Origin: Histomonas meleagridis 2922-C6/04-290x
Lineage: Eukaryota > Protista > Parabasalia
Assembly (NCBI GenBank): GCA_020184695.1
Contig: JAANOX010000035.1
Location: forward strand, 124,001-188,000
Reading direction: 5' to 3'
DNA: 64,000 bases
Below, piece by piece: positions 29,029 through 40,569 of the stretch. The notes below the pieces were generated by a model that worked only from the letters and a program-made list of their open reading frames with translations, did no database searches and had not been told where the DNA came from. The first letter of the stretch is position 1. Every line of letters starts with the position of its first letter. Made by a program: the position numbers and the translations under genes.

Positions 29029-29617
29029 TTTGTTGTTGAAAATTTTGAAGAAAACTTAAATCACCATCGTTTATTTAAAGATCTTTACAAAATGAAAATT
29101 GATAGAAATCAAAAGTTAATATCCAAATTTTTGATTATTTTGAACATTTGTTAACATTATAAAGTTGTATTCTAAAATTAGAATTTGCAGATAGGAAGAT
29201 AAACAATGATTTCGAATCAATCAAAACTTTTTTAACTTAAAACAAGCAAATCAGTAGAATATTTTATAAATAAAGATTAGTTAACAAGAATCTATATCAA
29301 TCGGTTAGTAAACAGTAAAAAATTGGCAATCGGTAAAAACAAAATGTTTATATTCCCTAAATTTAAATAAAAATTTTTTTTGTTAGTTATTTTGTATATA
29401 AATATATTAAAATTTTGTTATATATTAAAAATCAACATTTTATAACTTCTGATTTAACGAAATAAATTATAATAAAATAATTTGCATTTAGGTTATTTAA
29501 TTCGTTCATCAAATTAAATGAATAATGATTTATTCCAACTTCAAATATTTAATGTTGAAATCACATATGATAAAACAACTTATTATTGTCACTTTTTCAA
29601 GTACGTTTAGCTGTTAG

Positions 29618-30934
29618 ATGAGTGTCTTTGAAAATCCCTCAAGGGTTACAGAGATATTACATCAACTTGGTCTAGCAAATGTAGACAAAGAGTACAATAA
29701 ATTAGTTAGTCAAAAAAAAGAGGATGATACAATTAAACGATTTTATTTTAAAACATCATCAAATGAACTTAATATAAAAAATCTTATTAACACTAAATCT
29801 ACTTCACAATCAGTTAAACATTTAGAAGAAGAATATCCAACACAAAAAGATTTAGACTTAATCAAAGAAGTTTATGACTCTCTTAGCAGATCTCCTTCTT
29901 TCCCATCTTTGACTAGAACAGCATTGACAAAAACTATTCGATACACCCAATATTTACAAATGAAAGAAAAACTTCCTGAAAGGATTAAATTATTATTAAC
30001 CACAAGGCTATTTATTGAAATAGGTGGTACATCAATATCAAACTGTGACTACAAAAACCTCATCAAACATATTGAAAACATTGTTCATAACGTTGAACAT
30101 TATTCATTTATCATGGAACTTGATCCTAATCGAACTGGATTTCTTACCAAATCAAACGTGTACAAATATATTTCACATTTTGTCAAGCAACTTGATTTTT
30201 TGCAAGATGAAAATTCCGATTTTATTGAAAAATATATTATATTTATCATGAATCGGATTCTCCTTGTAATTGATCCTCTTAACAAAGGTTTAATATCAAT
30301 TTCTCGACTCGTTAACGAACCTCTTTATTTATGTTTTGCGTCACTTACGACTTGGGATAATTTCGAGAAAATTAATCCATTTGATATCGAAATATTTAAG
30401 AGTGTTCTATTAGATTTTAACACTATTGACACAGATGAAGATGGCATTTTGAAAACTACAGATCTTTTAAATATGAATGGATATCGTTTAACAGAAGCAT
30501 TTATTGAATCAGTTTATGAAAACTTATGCCAAAACGGAACGATGGATTTTGAATGGTTTATTCGATTCAAAATTGCTTTGGATAATTTGGGAGCAAAATG
30601 GGCAAATCTGTTCTTTTTTGATGCAATAGATATTGATAATAGTGGCGATATTACAAGATTCGAAATTAATTATTTCCAAAAAGATATAGTTAAAGAATGT
30701 ACTAAACTATTTCCAGAATCAACAATGTTACCAACAGAATCAGTCATAAGCGAAAAGTTTGATACACTACAGGTTACAACTAATAGAATATCAAAAGATG
30801 TGTTCGTTAACTCAAGAGCTACTGAGGCATTTGTAAGACAAATCACTGACATGGCTGTAGTTGCGAAAATGGAATTTAATATTGATATTTTCCAAATAGA
30901 AAATGAAAAGAAAAACCAAGAACAAGAAAAGTAA
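29618..30934 (+). CDS. EF-hand protein, PP2A regulatory subunit B''-like
   Basis: EF-hand loops LDPNRTGFL, IDTDEDGIL, IDIDNSGDITRFEINYF in a B''-like arrangement. Confidence 0.7.
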   Translation: MSVFENPSRVTEILHQLGLANVDKEYNKLVSQKKEDDTIKRFYFKTSSNELNIKNLINTKSTSQSVKHLEEEYPTQKDLDLIKEVYDSLSRSPSFPSLTRTALTKTIRYTQYLQMKEKLPERIKLLLTTRLFIEIGGTSISNCDYKNLIKHIENIVHNVEHYSFIMELDPNRTGFLTKSNVYKYISHFVKQLDFLQDENSDFIEKYIIFIMNRILLVIDPLNKGLISISRLVNEPLYLCFASLTTWDNFEKINPFDIEIFKSVLLDFNTIDTDEDGILKTTDLLNMNGYRLTEAFIESVYENLCQNGTMDFEWFIRFKIALDNLGAKWANLFFFDAIDIDNSGDITRFEINYFQKDIVKECTKLFPESTMLPTESVISEKFDTLQVTTNRISKDVFVNSRATEAFVRQITDMAVVAKMEFNIDIFQIENEKKNQEQEK

Positions 30935-32144
30935 ATGTTTTTAGTTAAAATAATTTTGTTTGGTAATATTATATACTTTGTAAACTTTAATCAAATAAAT
31001 CTTGAGTATTAATAAATATTAAATACATGGCTGAAATTCAATTTCATTCTAATTTTAATGAAAAGATAGAAATTTCGTTAAATTAAAAAAAAGCAATGGA
31101 CAAAATTATAAAAAAATGAAAATACTGCATAATATTCGCAATAGAGAACCAATACCATATTTATGGTTATAATATTGATTATTTTGATTTTATCGAAATT
31201 TCGTTTGGTACTTCATTTGCAGATTCATGAGTTATGAAATTTCAATAATTTTACGATGAATACATCAATTTTGAATACTTATCATAACAAATCTGACTCA
31301 TTTTGACTACTAACCGAAATTCTACTCAAATTTTTTTTTCGAATTAATTTATTTTATTCGAAACTTATGCAAACATATTCATTAAAATAAATTTAATCTA
31401 GAAATATATTATAATATTTATATATTGAACTATAATCTAGATTGAAATAAATTCAAAAATGTTTGCAATTTTTCAAATCCATCGGGCATGCCAGGGCACC
31501 CCAACGACAATGAGCACAAAATTCAGCGGATGATCAAAAAACGATTTGAATAGTTATCAAAAAGTATTTTGAGACAATTAAACGTTTACAACAAAAACGT
31601 TAAATAAATATATTGAAATCATTAAATGAAACCGAAATACTCACAGAACTTGCATTCAAAAGCTTGAAAAGTCGCTGAATACCAGATTTATGTCAATTTC
31701 ATGTATATTGAAATTTATGAAAATAAAAAAGCTTTAACGAAACATAGAATGATATATATTATAGATAGCTACATGATCAAAGAGCCTTTATTGAAGACAA
31801 TATATTAATATATTATTTATTATTGACTGTTATAATTGTGTTCTCTGTTTCATCCACCTTAAAATTGTGTGAAAAAAATATTTGACATTGTTTACTGACG
31901 TATTGATCCGCAAGAAAGACTTAAAATTTTGAGAAACACAGTCAAGGAAAATAGAAAATTTTTATAAAAACGAAAGCACTATTTTTTGTGTTTCAAAGCA
32001 TATAATTTATTTTAACATTGGAACTATAAAAGACACAATTTCATGTAATCATTTTTCGAAAGTAAAGGGATGTTTTCTTTCAAATTTTAGACCTGGTTCA
32101 TACCACTTTTTCTGAGCCTCTTTGACAGATTTACAAAAGAACAA

Positions 32145-35100
32145 ATGGATCCTCTTGAAGAAATCATCCTCCACTTCAACTCTATGGTTGAAAAGCATCC
32201 AGCCACTGAAGCATCTGTCATGGGATCGAAAGAGGTGACTCCTGAAAATTATTTAGACAATTATTTTTCAAAAGAATTATTTGTCCTTAAACATTTCAGT
32301 GAGTTCAGAATAGATAGCATTCTGCCGCTTTTTTTGACTCAGACTGAAAATATCTTAAAGAACAACAACGCCAAGGAATGGAGATTCCAAACTATTTTCA
32401 CACTTTCTTTGTATTACTGTCTGGCTGAACAATGTTGCAAAGCCTTTCAGACTGCTAAACAAGGTAAAAGTGATACTGATGCTACTGAAGAATCAACAAA
32501 CCGTTTTGTTATCAATCAAGCAAATGTTATTTTTGGAAACGAGTTTTCTGGTTATGCCAAGTACCTCCGCAAGTACTTCAAAATCTTCCTTACTACTGTA
32601 GGTTCTATCTCCAATGAATTATATCGAAGATTTTGCTATGATTTGATTTCAGCGGTTTCATCCAAAACTTTTTCAGTTCACTTAATGCCTTTTAAGTATC
32701 TTGCAGGCAGTGTCAAACGTATTGATTCACTTATTGATGAGTTACTTCATGTTATCCAATCGATTCCCAAAAAGAAGCGAACTGATTTTTGTGAAATTAT
32801 TCGTGATTCCATTATCTTTGCATGTAAGAAAGACACGCCAAGTTTCATACAATTTCTTGAGAATAATCAAAATCTTACCAAAGCCTCAATATTCTTTTCA
32901 CATATTGATGATTGGAATAAGAACTCGAAGAACGTCAAAGTATCATTTTTATCTGCACAAATGGCCTTATTTATTCTTCAACCAGCACGATTTAGAGGTT
33001 GTCAAGAGACTTTTGTTGATAAACTATTGAAATTCAATGATCTTAAAGGGACCACAAAAGATGCAGCATTCACCACAATATTATATGGGTTCAAATTCTT
33101 AATGTTATCACATAATAATCATGCGTTAAATGAATTTATGAAACCATTTTATAACATGATGTTAAACTATTTCATTCAAGGCAAACATTCTATTTTAGGT
33201 AACACATTATCATCAATTGATTTTGCAGCATGTGCATTTTATTATGATTCAACATATTTTGCCGAGAAAATTATTCCAACATTTATAAATGGTAAAAACG
33301 AAGGAATTTTATCCTTTAGTAAAATTGTATGTAATATATTACGTCAAATATCACAAATTTATAATATGTCACAAATCGAACATTTAAAGATTGATGACTT
33401 ACAAGTTTTTGCTCCAACAATTTTAACTATTTTTGAGAAAGCTGTTTCAGATCAACAACGTGCTACATATATCATACCATTATTAAAAGGATTTCGATCA
33501 TATCCATCCTTCTTTAGGAACTTAGTATTTACACAAGAACAATTTTTAAATTATTATACTGATATCATTAAGAAACATATAGATTTCCCATTACAATATC
33601 CATTATTAGGATTCTTTGATAATTCATCATTCGATATCACTGAACATAGTGATTCATTATGGAAATCAGTTAAATCTATTTTAGATTTTCTTTTGAAGTT
33701 TTATCAAACAACAGCAGTATATAAACCATCACAATTTTCTAATGGAGTTCCAGAGATATTTTTAAGTGCAGCAAACTTTATACATTCATTCTTCCAAATG
33801 CCTAATGCACGAATTATACCAGAACAAAACTTAAAAGATATATATAGTGTTGTCTCTGATTTAGAATCTATATCATTAATGTTTTTCGCTTCATCTAGAA
33901 AAGAAATTCGAAATATTGCAAAAATTATATTATCAAATTTAGTTGAAATTGTTGATACTAATTTACCTGATTTAGTATTCCCAGTAAGTGTATATCAAAC
34001 ATTAATTACAGAAGTTAGAAAGATCCCAATATTAACTACTGGTCATCAATGTATTCGTAATTCTTTAAGAACATTACCTACATCATCAGAAGGTATTAAA
34101 ATTGCATTTGATGGATTATTATCATATTTCAAAGCATTAACTAATAAAATTAATCCAAACTTAGCAAAGCCTAAAGCTAATGATCAAACATTACCTTTAA
34201 CTATTGAAAAAGCTACTGATGAATGGATTGGTGTCTCAAGTGTATTATATTCATTAATATCACCTGATGAAAAAACTCAACTTTATTTATTAACAAAAGA
34301 ATTAATTAGTGATCCAGGAGATTTAGGTCAAATTATAGTAGCTGCTATCCCAACATCTATACATGTTAATCATTTTATGCCATTTATAACATTTTTATCT
34401 ACATGGATTTTTGCTATACGTAATGAACAAGGTTCTATAGAACAAAGTCAACAAAACTTAACAATATTTAGAAACATAATGAAAATCTTTAGAGGTATCT
34501 TAATCCAAAAGTTATGGGATTCACAAATGATTATTACTAATACATTTTCTGATATTTCTACACAATTAGTTTCATTTTGTGATATGGTTACAGGAGAAGA
34601 ATTTCGATTATCTTGTGCACAATGTTTAATAGCATTAAATAATTTATTAAAAGAAAATGATGTATATTTATCACCAAATATTCGTAATAGTATTAGTAAA
34701 ACATTAATTGGTTGGTTACCAAGTTCAGGAGAACCTTCAAAACAATATATATTAGCAGTACAAAGTGCTTTAGCTTCAATGTTAGATAACTTAAACTTAT
34801 TAGATTGTATTGATAGTTCATTACCTACACCAGCTAAAGAACAAGCAAGTTCATTATTTATGTTTTATTTTGTAGCTATTAAATCACGTTTAGATGCAGT
34901 TAATGATCAAAATGTTATAGAACTTGTACCAGTTTTAGCAAGTTTATTAAAACAAAATATGGATATAGGTATGGAACATTGTTTATCAATGGGATTTGCA
35001 GAGAAAGATAAAGTTCGAGCAGTATTTATGAGTGCTTTAGCTTCTGTCTTTAAAGTACCAGAAGCTAAAATAGTTGAAGCAGATAAATATCAAAATGTAG

Positions 35101-38100
35101 ATTTAATTGATTTATTATTTGAAGGAGATTTAGAATTAATTGAATTTGTATCTGGTATTATACCATTTTCTAGAGCAGAAATATTTGGTACAGCATTATT
35201 AAATGCAGCAATTTATAAGAAATGTCAAGATAAATTATTAAGCAAAATGATTGAAATTGAATTACGTAATGTTGAAGAATCTACTAAAACTACATTATTT
35301 AGAGGTAATAGTGTACCTTCTAGAGTAGTAGGTCAATATCCTCGTATTGTAGGTACTAAATGGATGACTAATTTATTACGACCGATTTTTAATGGTGTAA
35401 TTAAATCATGTAATGAAGGTAAACGTTATACAATTGAACCTCGAAAACTTTCTCCAGGAGAAAACATTGAAGAAAATCGTTTGAATTTTAAGAATTTATT
35501 AAATGAAATTATCGAATCAGTCATTCAATCAAGTAAAGAATTACCTATAGGTATTATTGAAGAAATCCAATTAATATATAAAATGGTACATGAAAAATAT
35601 GGTGATTTTGTATATCAAATCTTAAATGGATTCTTCTTCTTACGTTTCTTATTACCTACATTTACAAATCCTAAATTTATAGGTTTACCAGAAACTTTAC
35701 CAGAACCTTCACGTACTGTCTTATTACAAACTTCATCATTTTTAATGGCAGCCACATTAAAAGGAGATTTAGGAGATAAAGGAGCAGATTATCAAATATT
35801 TAATGATATAGCAAATAAAGCACATGAATCATTCCTTAAAATGTTTAAACATATAATTGAAATTGAAATCACAGAACCTGATCAAAGTATTCCTGTTAAT
35901 GAAATTACTGCACGTAAAACTTTACATGCCGAAATTTGGCCAGTTCAACAACAATTAGCTAATGCAGCTAATGAAATGTCGGATGATTCTACATTAAAGA
36001 ATTCGATTGAAGGATTATTAAGTAAGATCCAATCAATGGGTCAACCTAAAGAAACTATTCGACCACGATGTTCTACAGTATCTAATGTACGAGATTCAGC
36101 TTCAAGTAAATTAAGTTCATTATTAAATATGAAATTTACAGATGATCAATTACAACAAGTTTCAGGATTTTTAGTTCATGAAACTCATAATGCTAATGAT
36201 GGTACATCTATAATATATTTATATACATCTAAAATTGGTATGATTACAGACCCTACAATTGTAGCTTATGTAGTTATGAAAGCATTAAATGAAGAATCAG
36301 GTTCTAAAGTTACAATGGTAATATTTTTAGATTCATTTGATGAAACTAAAATCCCTACAGCACAAATGATTAAAACGTTTAGTGAAATGAAGCCTGCATT
36401 AAAGATTACACGTTATATCTTCTTTGAACCTAATCAAGCATTTGCTAATTTTGTATCACGTAATCAAAACTTATTATTTGATCGACAATATCGATTTTAT
36501 TTCATAAAAGATTTAATGGAATTTAATGAAGCTTTAGGTCCACCATCAGAACATATCCCAATTTCTACATTAGAATCATTAACTAAACCTGATAGTGTTT
36601 ATACAGCTATAGTTAATGAAAAGAAGACTACAGTACAATTACATCAACGATCTATACAATTTGTAGGAGAAGTAGAACATTATAAAGCATTTGAATTTGC
36701 TACTAGAAAAGTTTTATTAACAAAAGATATTGATAAATATACACGACCACATGAATCTACATCTAAAGCAGGTTATCATGAATTCTTAATAGGTACAACA
36801 ATGAAACATTTATTCACATTCTTACAACCTGCTAATTCTACATTATATGAAGCGATATTAAATGTTACACAACGAAGTTTAACATTAGATAACTTAAAAG
36901 ATAAAGTTAAAATTGATTCATCTACATTACAATGGTTAATGTTAAATTTATCATTTATTAATATGATTAATGATCAAGTTTCAAATCATCTTAAGAAAGC
37001 AGCAATTGATTTAACACATGTAGTATATACATCATTTTCATTTAAACATAATGTTAAAGTATTTAAGGCACCTAAAGAAGCATTACCTGAAAACTTATTA
37101 GGTTATGTTAAATCATTAGCTTATGATGTAGCAGATAATAATCCAAAATCTTATTATGATTTCTTAACAGAATATTTTAATACTTATGAATATATTGAAG
37201 AACAAATTAAACCAATATCATTTATTTATTTAGAACATTGGATTAAACATTGGGTAAATGATATTCAATCACATCCAGAATTAATTGATAAATTCTTAGA
37301 TATTTATAAATCTTTATCAAAAGTTTCGATCATATTTTCTTATAGTATATGGAATCAATTTTCAGGTAATCAAAAAGCATTAGAATTATTATTTGAAAAC
37401 ATCTTTAATCGTAATGATGAAGCATTAATAGAAATTATTATATCATTAGCAGCACTTAATAAATCAGAAATTTCAAAGATTTGGTTAAATATGTTACAAA
37501 GATGCATTGAAAAAGTTGACGAGAAGATTATATTTGTAGCTAATATTATTTCATCATTATTAGTTAATCATTTATTTGCAGATGAATATATGAATGATTT
37601 AGTATTTTATATTTCTAATTTACGATTATTATATCAACCACAAGTATTAACTAATTTAACTACATTATTCTCTAATTTAATACATGAATTAATTATTAAA
37701 TCTAAACAAAGACATGATATAGATTATCCTAAAGTATGTGAAATGTTTTCATCTAGTGATATTTCACAAAGTAAACCTATTGCATTATTATTTAAAGAAT
37801 TAATATCTGATAAAGAATCATTATTTAATAAATGTATGAAAAATATCGATAGTACTGAAGATATATCACAAATTTGTAATTCATTAATATTTGCAGCAGC
37901 ATTTAGTCAAACAGAAAATGAAAAATTCATTAACAAAGCAATTAAAATTATTAAAGATTATAAAGATGAAACTATATTATCATTAGTATGTGAAGCATTA
38001 TCAATGATTACAGTTAATAATGAAGTAATTATTTCGAAGTTATATTTCATAGGTGTATCAATTTTATTATATCTAAAACATTCATCACCATTACATTTAA

Positions 38101-38699
38101 TTAGTTCGACAATTTCTAAACTTAAAAAGAAATCTAGAATTAATAAAATAATATCTTCAAAGGCATTAGATTTAATCGTTAAATATTCTGGTTTACCATT
38201 CCATAAAAAACCAATTTTCTCAACATTAATGTTATTTAGTGCTTATTCTGATTCTGTTGATTTGTTACCAGCATTAAAAGCTATAGTACAAAATGAAAAT
38301 GAAAGAGTGGCAATGGTATTCTCATTGTTGTTTAAGGATAAAATTGATAATATGGAAGAGCTGTCATTCGATTTCGGTGAAAGAAATGGTACTATGGCCG
38401 CCGCTTTGATATTGATGTTAAGGTTCGAACCAAAATCTGCTTTGAAAGAGTACTTACTAAGTTGGATAGAAAAGGACAAAGACGCGTTCAGCTGTTTCGA
38501 CTTGTGCCAATCGAAAAATGAAAGCGCTATGTTGGCTGGCATTAACAACCCGTACTTCGTCGCGAAGTTAATATGCGCTCAAACTGGAAGGAAAAACGCT
38601 TACAAGTTGGCTGCAATACTGAAGTCAGTCATCGAGGGCACTGAGTTCGGTATTGATGAGGATACACTTGATGAACTAATTAATGAAATATACAAGTAA
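32145..38699 (+). CDS. Neurofibromin/IRA-like RasGAP (2184 aa)
   Basis: Arginine finger LFRGNS and GFFFLRFLLP signature in the central third, long helical regions either side, and a possible Sec14-like segment after the GAP domain. Confidence 0.85.
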   Translation: MDPLEEIILHFNSMVEKHPATEASVMGSKEVTPENYLDNYFSKELFVLKHFSEFRIDSILPLFLTQTENILKNNNAKEWRFQTIFTLSLYYCLAEQCCKAFQTAKQGKSDTDATEESTNRFVINQANVIFGNEFSGYAKYLRKYFKIFLTTVGSISNELYRRFCYDLISAVSSKTFSVHLMPFKYLAGSVKRIDSLIDELLHVIQSIPKKKRTDFCEIIRDSIIFACKKDTPSFIQFLENNQNLTKASIFFSHIDDWNKNSKNVKVSFLSAQMALFILQPARFRGCQETFVDKLLKFNDLKGTTKDAAFTTILYGFKFLMLSHNNHALNEFMKPFYNMMLNYFIQGKHSILGNTLSSIDFAACAFYYDSTYFAEKIIPTFINGKNEGILSFSKIVCNILRQISQIYNMSQIEHLKIDDLQVFAPTILTIFEKAVSDQQRATYIIPLLKGFRSYPSFFRNLVFTQEQFLNYYTDIIKKHIDFPLQYPLLGFFDNSSFDITEHSDSLWKSVKSILDFLLKFYQTTAVYKPSQFSNGVPEIFLSAANFIHSFFQMPNARIIPEQNLKDIYSVVSDLESISLMFFASSRKEIRNIAKIILSNLVEIVDTNLPDLVFPVSVYQTLITEVRKIPILTTGHQCIRNSLRTLPTSSEGIKIAFDGLLSYFKALTNKINPNLAKPKANDQTLPLTIEKATDEWIGVSSVLYSLISPDEKTQLYLLTKELISDPGDLGQIIVAAIPTSIHVNHFMPFITFLSTWIFAIRNEQGSIEQSQQNLTIFRNIMKIFRGILIQKLWDSQMIITNTFSDISTQLVSFCDMVTGEEFRLSCAQCLIALNNLLKENDVYLSPNIRNSISKTLIGWLPSSGEPSKQYILAVQSALASMLDNLNLLDCIDSSLPTPAKEQASSLFMFYFVAIKSRLDAVNDQNVIELVPVLASLLKQNMDIGMEHCLSMGFAEKDKVRAVFMSALASVFKVPEAKIVEADKYQNVDLIDLLFEGDLELIEFVSGIIPFSRAEIFGTALLNAAIYKKCQDKLLSKMIEIELRNVEESTKTTLFRGNSVPSRVVGQYPRIVGTKWMTNLLRPIFNGVIKSCNEGKRYTIEPRKLSPGENIEENRLNFKNLLNEIIESVIQSSKELPIGIIEEIQLIYKMVHEKYGDFVYQILNGFFFLRFLLPTFTNPKFIGLPETLPEPSRTVLLQTSSFLMAATLKGDLGDKGADYQIFNDIANKAHESFLKMFKHIIEIEITEPDQSIPVNEITARKTLHAEIWPVQQQLANAANEMSDDSTLKNSIEGLLSKIQSMGQPKETIRPRCSTVSNVRDSASSKLSSLLNMKFTDDQLQQVSGFLVHETHNANDGTSIIYLYTSKIGMITDPTIVAYVVMKALNEESGSKVTMVIFLDSFDETKIPTAQMIKTFSEMKPALKITRYIFFEPNQAFANFVSRNQNLLFDRQYRFYFIKDLMEFNEALGPPSEHIPISTLESLTKPDSVYTAIVNEKKTTVQLHQRSIQFVGEVEHYKAFEFATRKVLLTKDIDKYTRPHESTSKAGYHEFLIGTTMKHLFTFLQPANSTLYEAILNVTQRSLTLDNLKDKVKIDSSTLQWLMLNLSFINMINDQVSNHLKKAAIDLTHVVYTSFSFKHNVKVFKAPKEALPENLLGYVKSLAYDVADNNPKSYYDFLTEYFNTYEYIEEQIKPISFIYLEHWIKHWVNDIQSHPELIDKFLDIYKSLSKVSIIFSYSIWNQFSGNQKALELLFENIFNRNDEALIEIIISLAALNKSEISKIWLNMLQRCIEKVDEKIIFVANIISSLLVNHLFADEYMNDLVFYISNLRLLYQPQVLTNLTTLFSNLIHELIIKSKQRHDIDYPKVCEMFSSSDISQSKPIALLFKELISDKESLFNKCMKNIDSTEDISQICNSLIFAAAFSQTENEKFINKAIKIIKDYKDETILSLVCEALSMITVNNEVIISKLYFIGVSILLYLKHSSPLHLISSTISKLKKKSRINKIISSKALDLIVKYSGLPFHKKPIFSTLMLFSAYSDSVDLLPALKAIVQNENERVAMVFSLLFKDKIDNMEELSFDFGERNGTMAAALILMLRFEPKSALKEYLLSWIEKDKDAFSCFDLCQSKNESAMLAGINNPYFVAKLICAQTGRKNAYKLAAILKSVIEGTEFGIDEDTLDELINEIYK

Positions 38700-38958
38700 A
38701 GTATTCTTGGAAACCCTTTTTTTTTTAGAAATAAATCCGATGAACAATGTGAAAATGGAATTTGGTGATGTGAAACTGATTATGTCAAAAAGTTGTATCG
38801 CAACGACAGAAAATTGAAAAGAGTTTTGTTAGAACCGTTTGATGATAAACCATTCAAAAATGTTACAGTTTCGATCGTTTGTTAAAAAATTAAAAGGAGC
38901 CAAAATGTACACACAAATTTCTATTGAATTAACAAGAAGTGCAACAAAAAATCTGAAA

Positions 38959-40569
38959 ATGATTGTGACTGCTGTTGTGTTCCAAACAATTTTTCTGATC
39001 AAAGAAATATGTTGTCTAAACAACCCACACATTAATTCAGTTTATGATGAAGTTTATGTGGATGATGATCAAGGACCTGTTGAATTAAAAATAAATGCAA
39101 TTATTGATAATTTGAATAGGCGTCTCCTGGCATATAATAATGTGTGGGAAGCTAACGATAGTATTGGTATTACTACTCTTCTTTCTAATGGCTCTATAGA
39201 TAATTTGTATATTAATGTTCCTTATTTCACACCTAATAATTCCTTAGGTTCCTTTGTTCCAAATGGCACTACAATGTACTTTCCACAAAGTGGGAATGAT
39301 CTGCATTTATTTGCTTATTATCCATTCGATCCTAATTCTTATTCTAATAATTGGGAAATCAAAAAGGACACAAGATTTCAAAATACTCATGAACTACAAA
39401 AGCAGCTGGACTTTTTGTATGCTCCCATGATTAATGCATCTAGAACATCTGAATCAATTGATTTTCTCTTTTCACATAAGATGACGAAAATCATTATTAC
39501 AATTCGACTTACTACTGGATTTACACCTGATGAAATATCCTCTGACTGGTCATTTTATATAAGTGGGTTTCAACATAATGGTACTTTTAATGCATTCACA
39601 GGAGAAGCTGCTGTTAATAATAACGATTCACTTCCAATTGATGATTGGAATATCACAGACAACTATTGTGATATAGATGAGACAGAAGGAACAAGAACAT
39701 ATACATTATTATTATTCCCACAAACACTTGAAAATGGAATGCGTTTATCTTGCGTTTATAAAGGAAAAGCATACAACGCAACATTTGCATCTGGATCACA
39801 GTACGCAGCCGGTATGTCGTACGCTTATTCTATTAGTGTGAAAGGTCCAAGCACATATACATTCACAGAATCAAACACGTTTACTAAATCGAATACATAT
39901 TCACAATCAAACACATATACTAAATCAGAAACTCTTGTTGAATTAAACACTTTTACATTGTCAAATGCATTTACTATATCGAATACATATTCTCAATCAA
40001 ATAAATACCCTAAGTCTGATAAATTTACTCAAAGTAATACATACACTAAATCGAATACGTTTATTCCTCCACACGTAACTTTCTCATGTTCGAAAGTTTT
40101 GAGTTATTCATTTGATATTACAGAAACAATATTTGCGAATACATTTATGTCAAATACGTATTTAATCTCATTTGTTAACTCATCATTTGTACATATTTTT
40201 ACAGAATTCATATTTTATCAATATAGTATTCTTCGATATACAACATATTATTCATTTTATTCTAATTTCTTTTTTATAATGAGTGAAAATAATATTAATG
40301 ATAATGAAGATGATAACAAAACTAATACTATCATTATCATTGTTGTTTGCGTTTTAGTTGGAATTATTATAATTTGTTTACTTGTTATTTTTTTGGTTCG
40401 ATATCGAAAACATAATCAAAATGAATCAAAAGATAATGAATCGAATAGTGTAAATCTTGACGAAATTGAGACACAAAATAATTTATCGACAGGAATTAAG
40501 ATGACGAATGTTGAAGAAGATCCATTTGCAAAAGATTTCAACGAAGATAATAATATTGATAACATATAA
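38959..40569 (+). CDS. Single-pass surface protein with a Bacteroidetes fimbrillin-like (Mfa/type V pilin) ectodomain
   Basis: Signal-like MIVTAVVFQTIFL; motifs WEANDSIGI, MYFP, FAYYPF, DFLYA, FSHKMTKI, LFPQ; (F/Y)TxSNT repeats; TM IIIIVVCVLVGIIIICLLVIFLV; tail EEDPFAKDF. Upstream in-frame ATGs exist (38839, 38905). Confidence 0.8.
   Translation: MIVTAVVFQTIFLIKEICCLNNPHINSVYDEVYVDDDQGPVELKINAIIDNLNRRLLAYNNVWEANDSIGITTLLSNGSIDNLYINVPYFTPNNSLGSFVPNGTTMYFPQSGNDLHLFAYYPFDPNSYSNNWEIKKDTRFQNTHELQKQLDFLYAPMINASRTSESIDFLFSHKMTKIIITIRLTTGFTPDEISSDWSFYISGFQHNGTFNAFTGEAAVNNNDSLPIDDWNITDNYCDIDETEGTRTYTLLLFPQTLENGMRLSCVYKGKAYNATFASGSQYAAGMSYAYSISVKGPSTYTFTESNTFTKSNTYSQSNTYTKSETLVELNTFTLSNAFTISNTYSQSNKYPKSDKFTQSNTYTKSNTFIPPHVTFSCSKVLSYSFDITETIFANTFMSNTYLISFVNSSFVHIFTEFIFYQYSILRYTTYYSFYSNFFFIMSENNINDNEDDNKTNTIIIIVVCVLVGIIIICLLVIFLVRYRKHNQNESKDNESNSVNLDEIETQNNLSTGIKMTNVEEDPFAKDFNEDNNIDNI
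39856..40070 (+). repeat. Degenerate 6-aa coding repeat (F/Y)-T/S-x-S-N-T stalk
   Basis: TYTFTESNTFTKSNTYSQSNTYTKSE...FTQSNTYTKSNTF. Confidence 0.8.
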
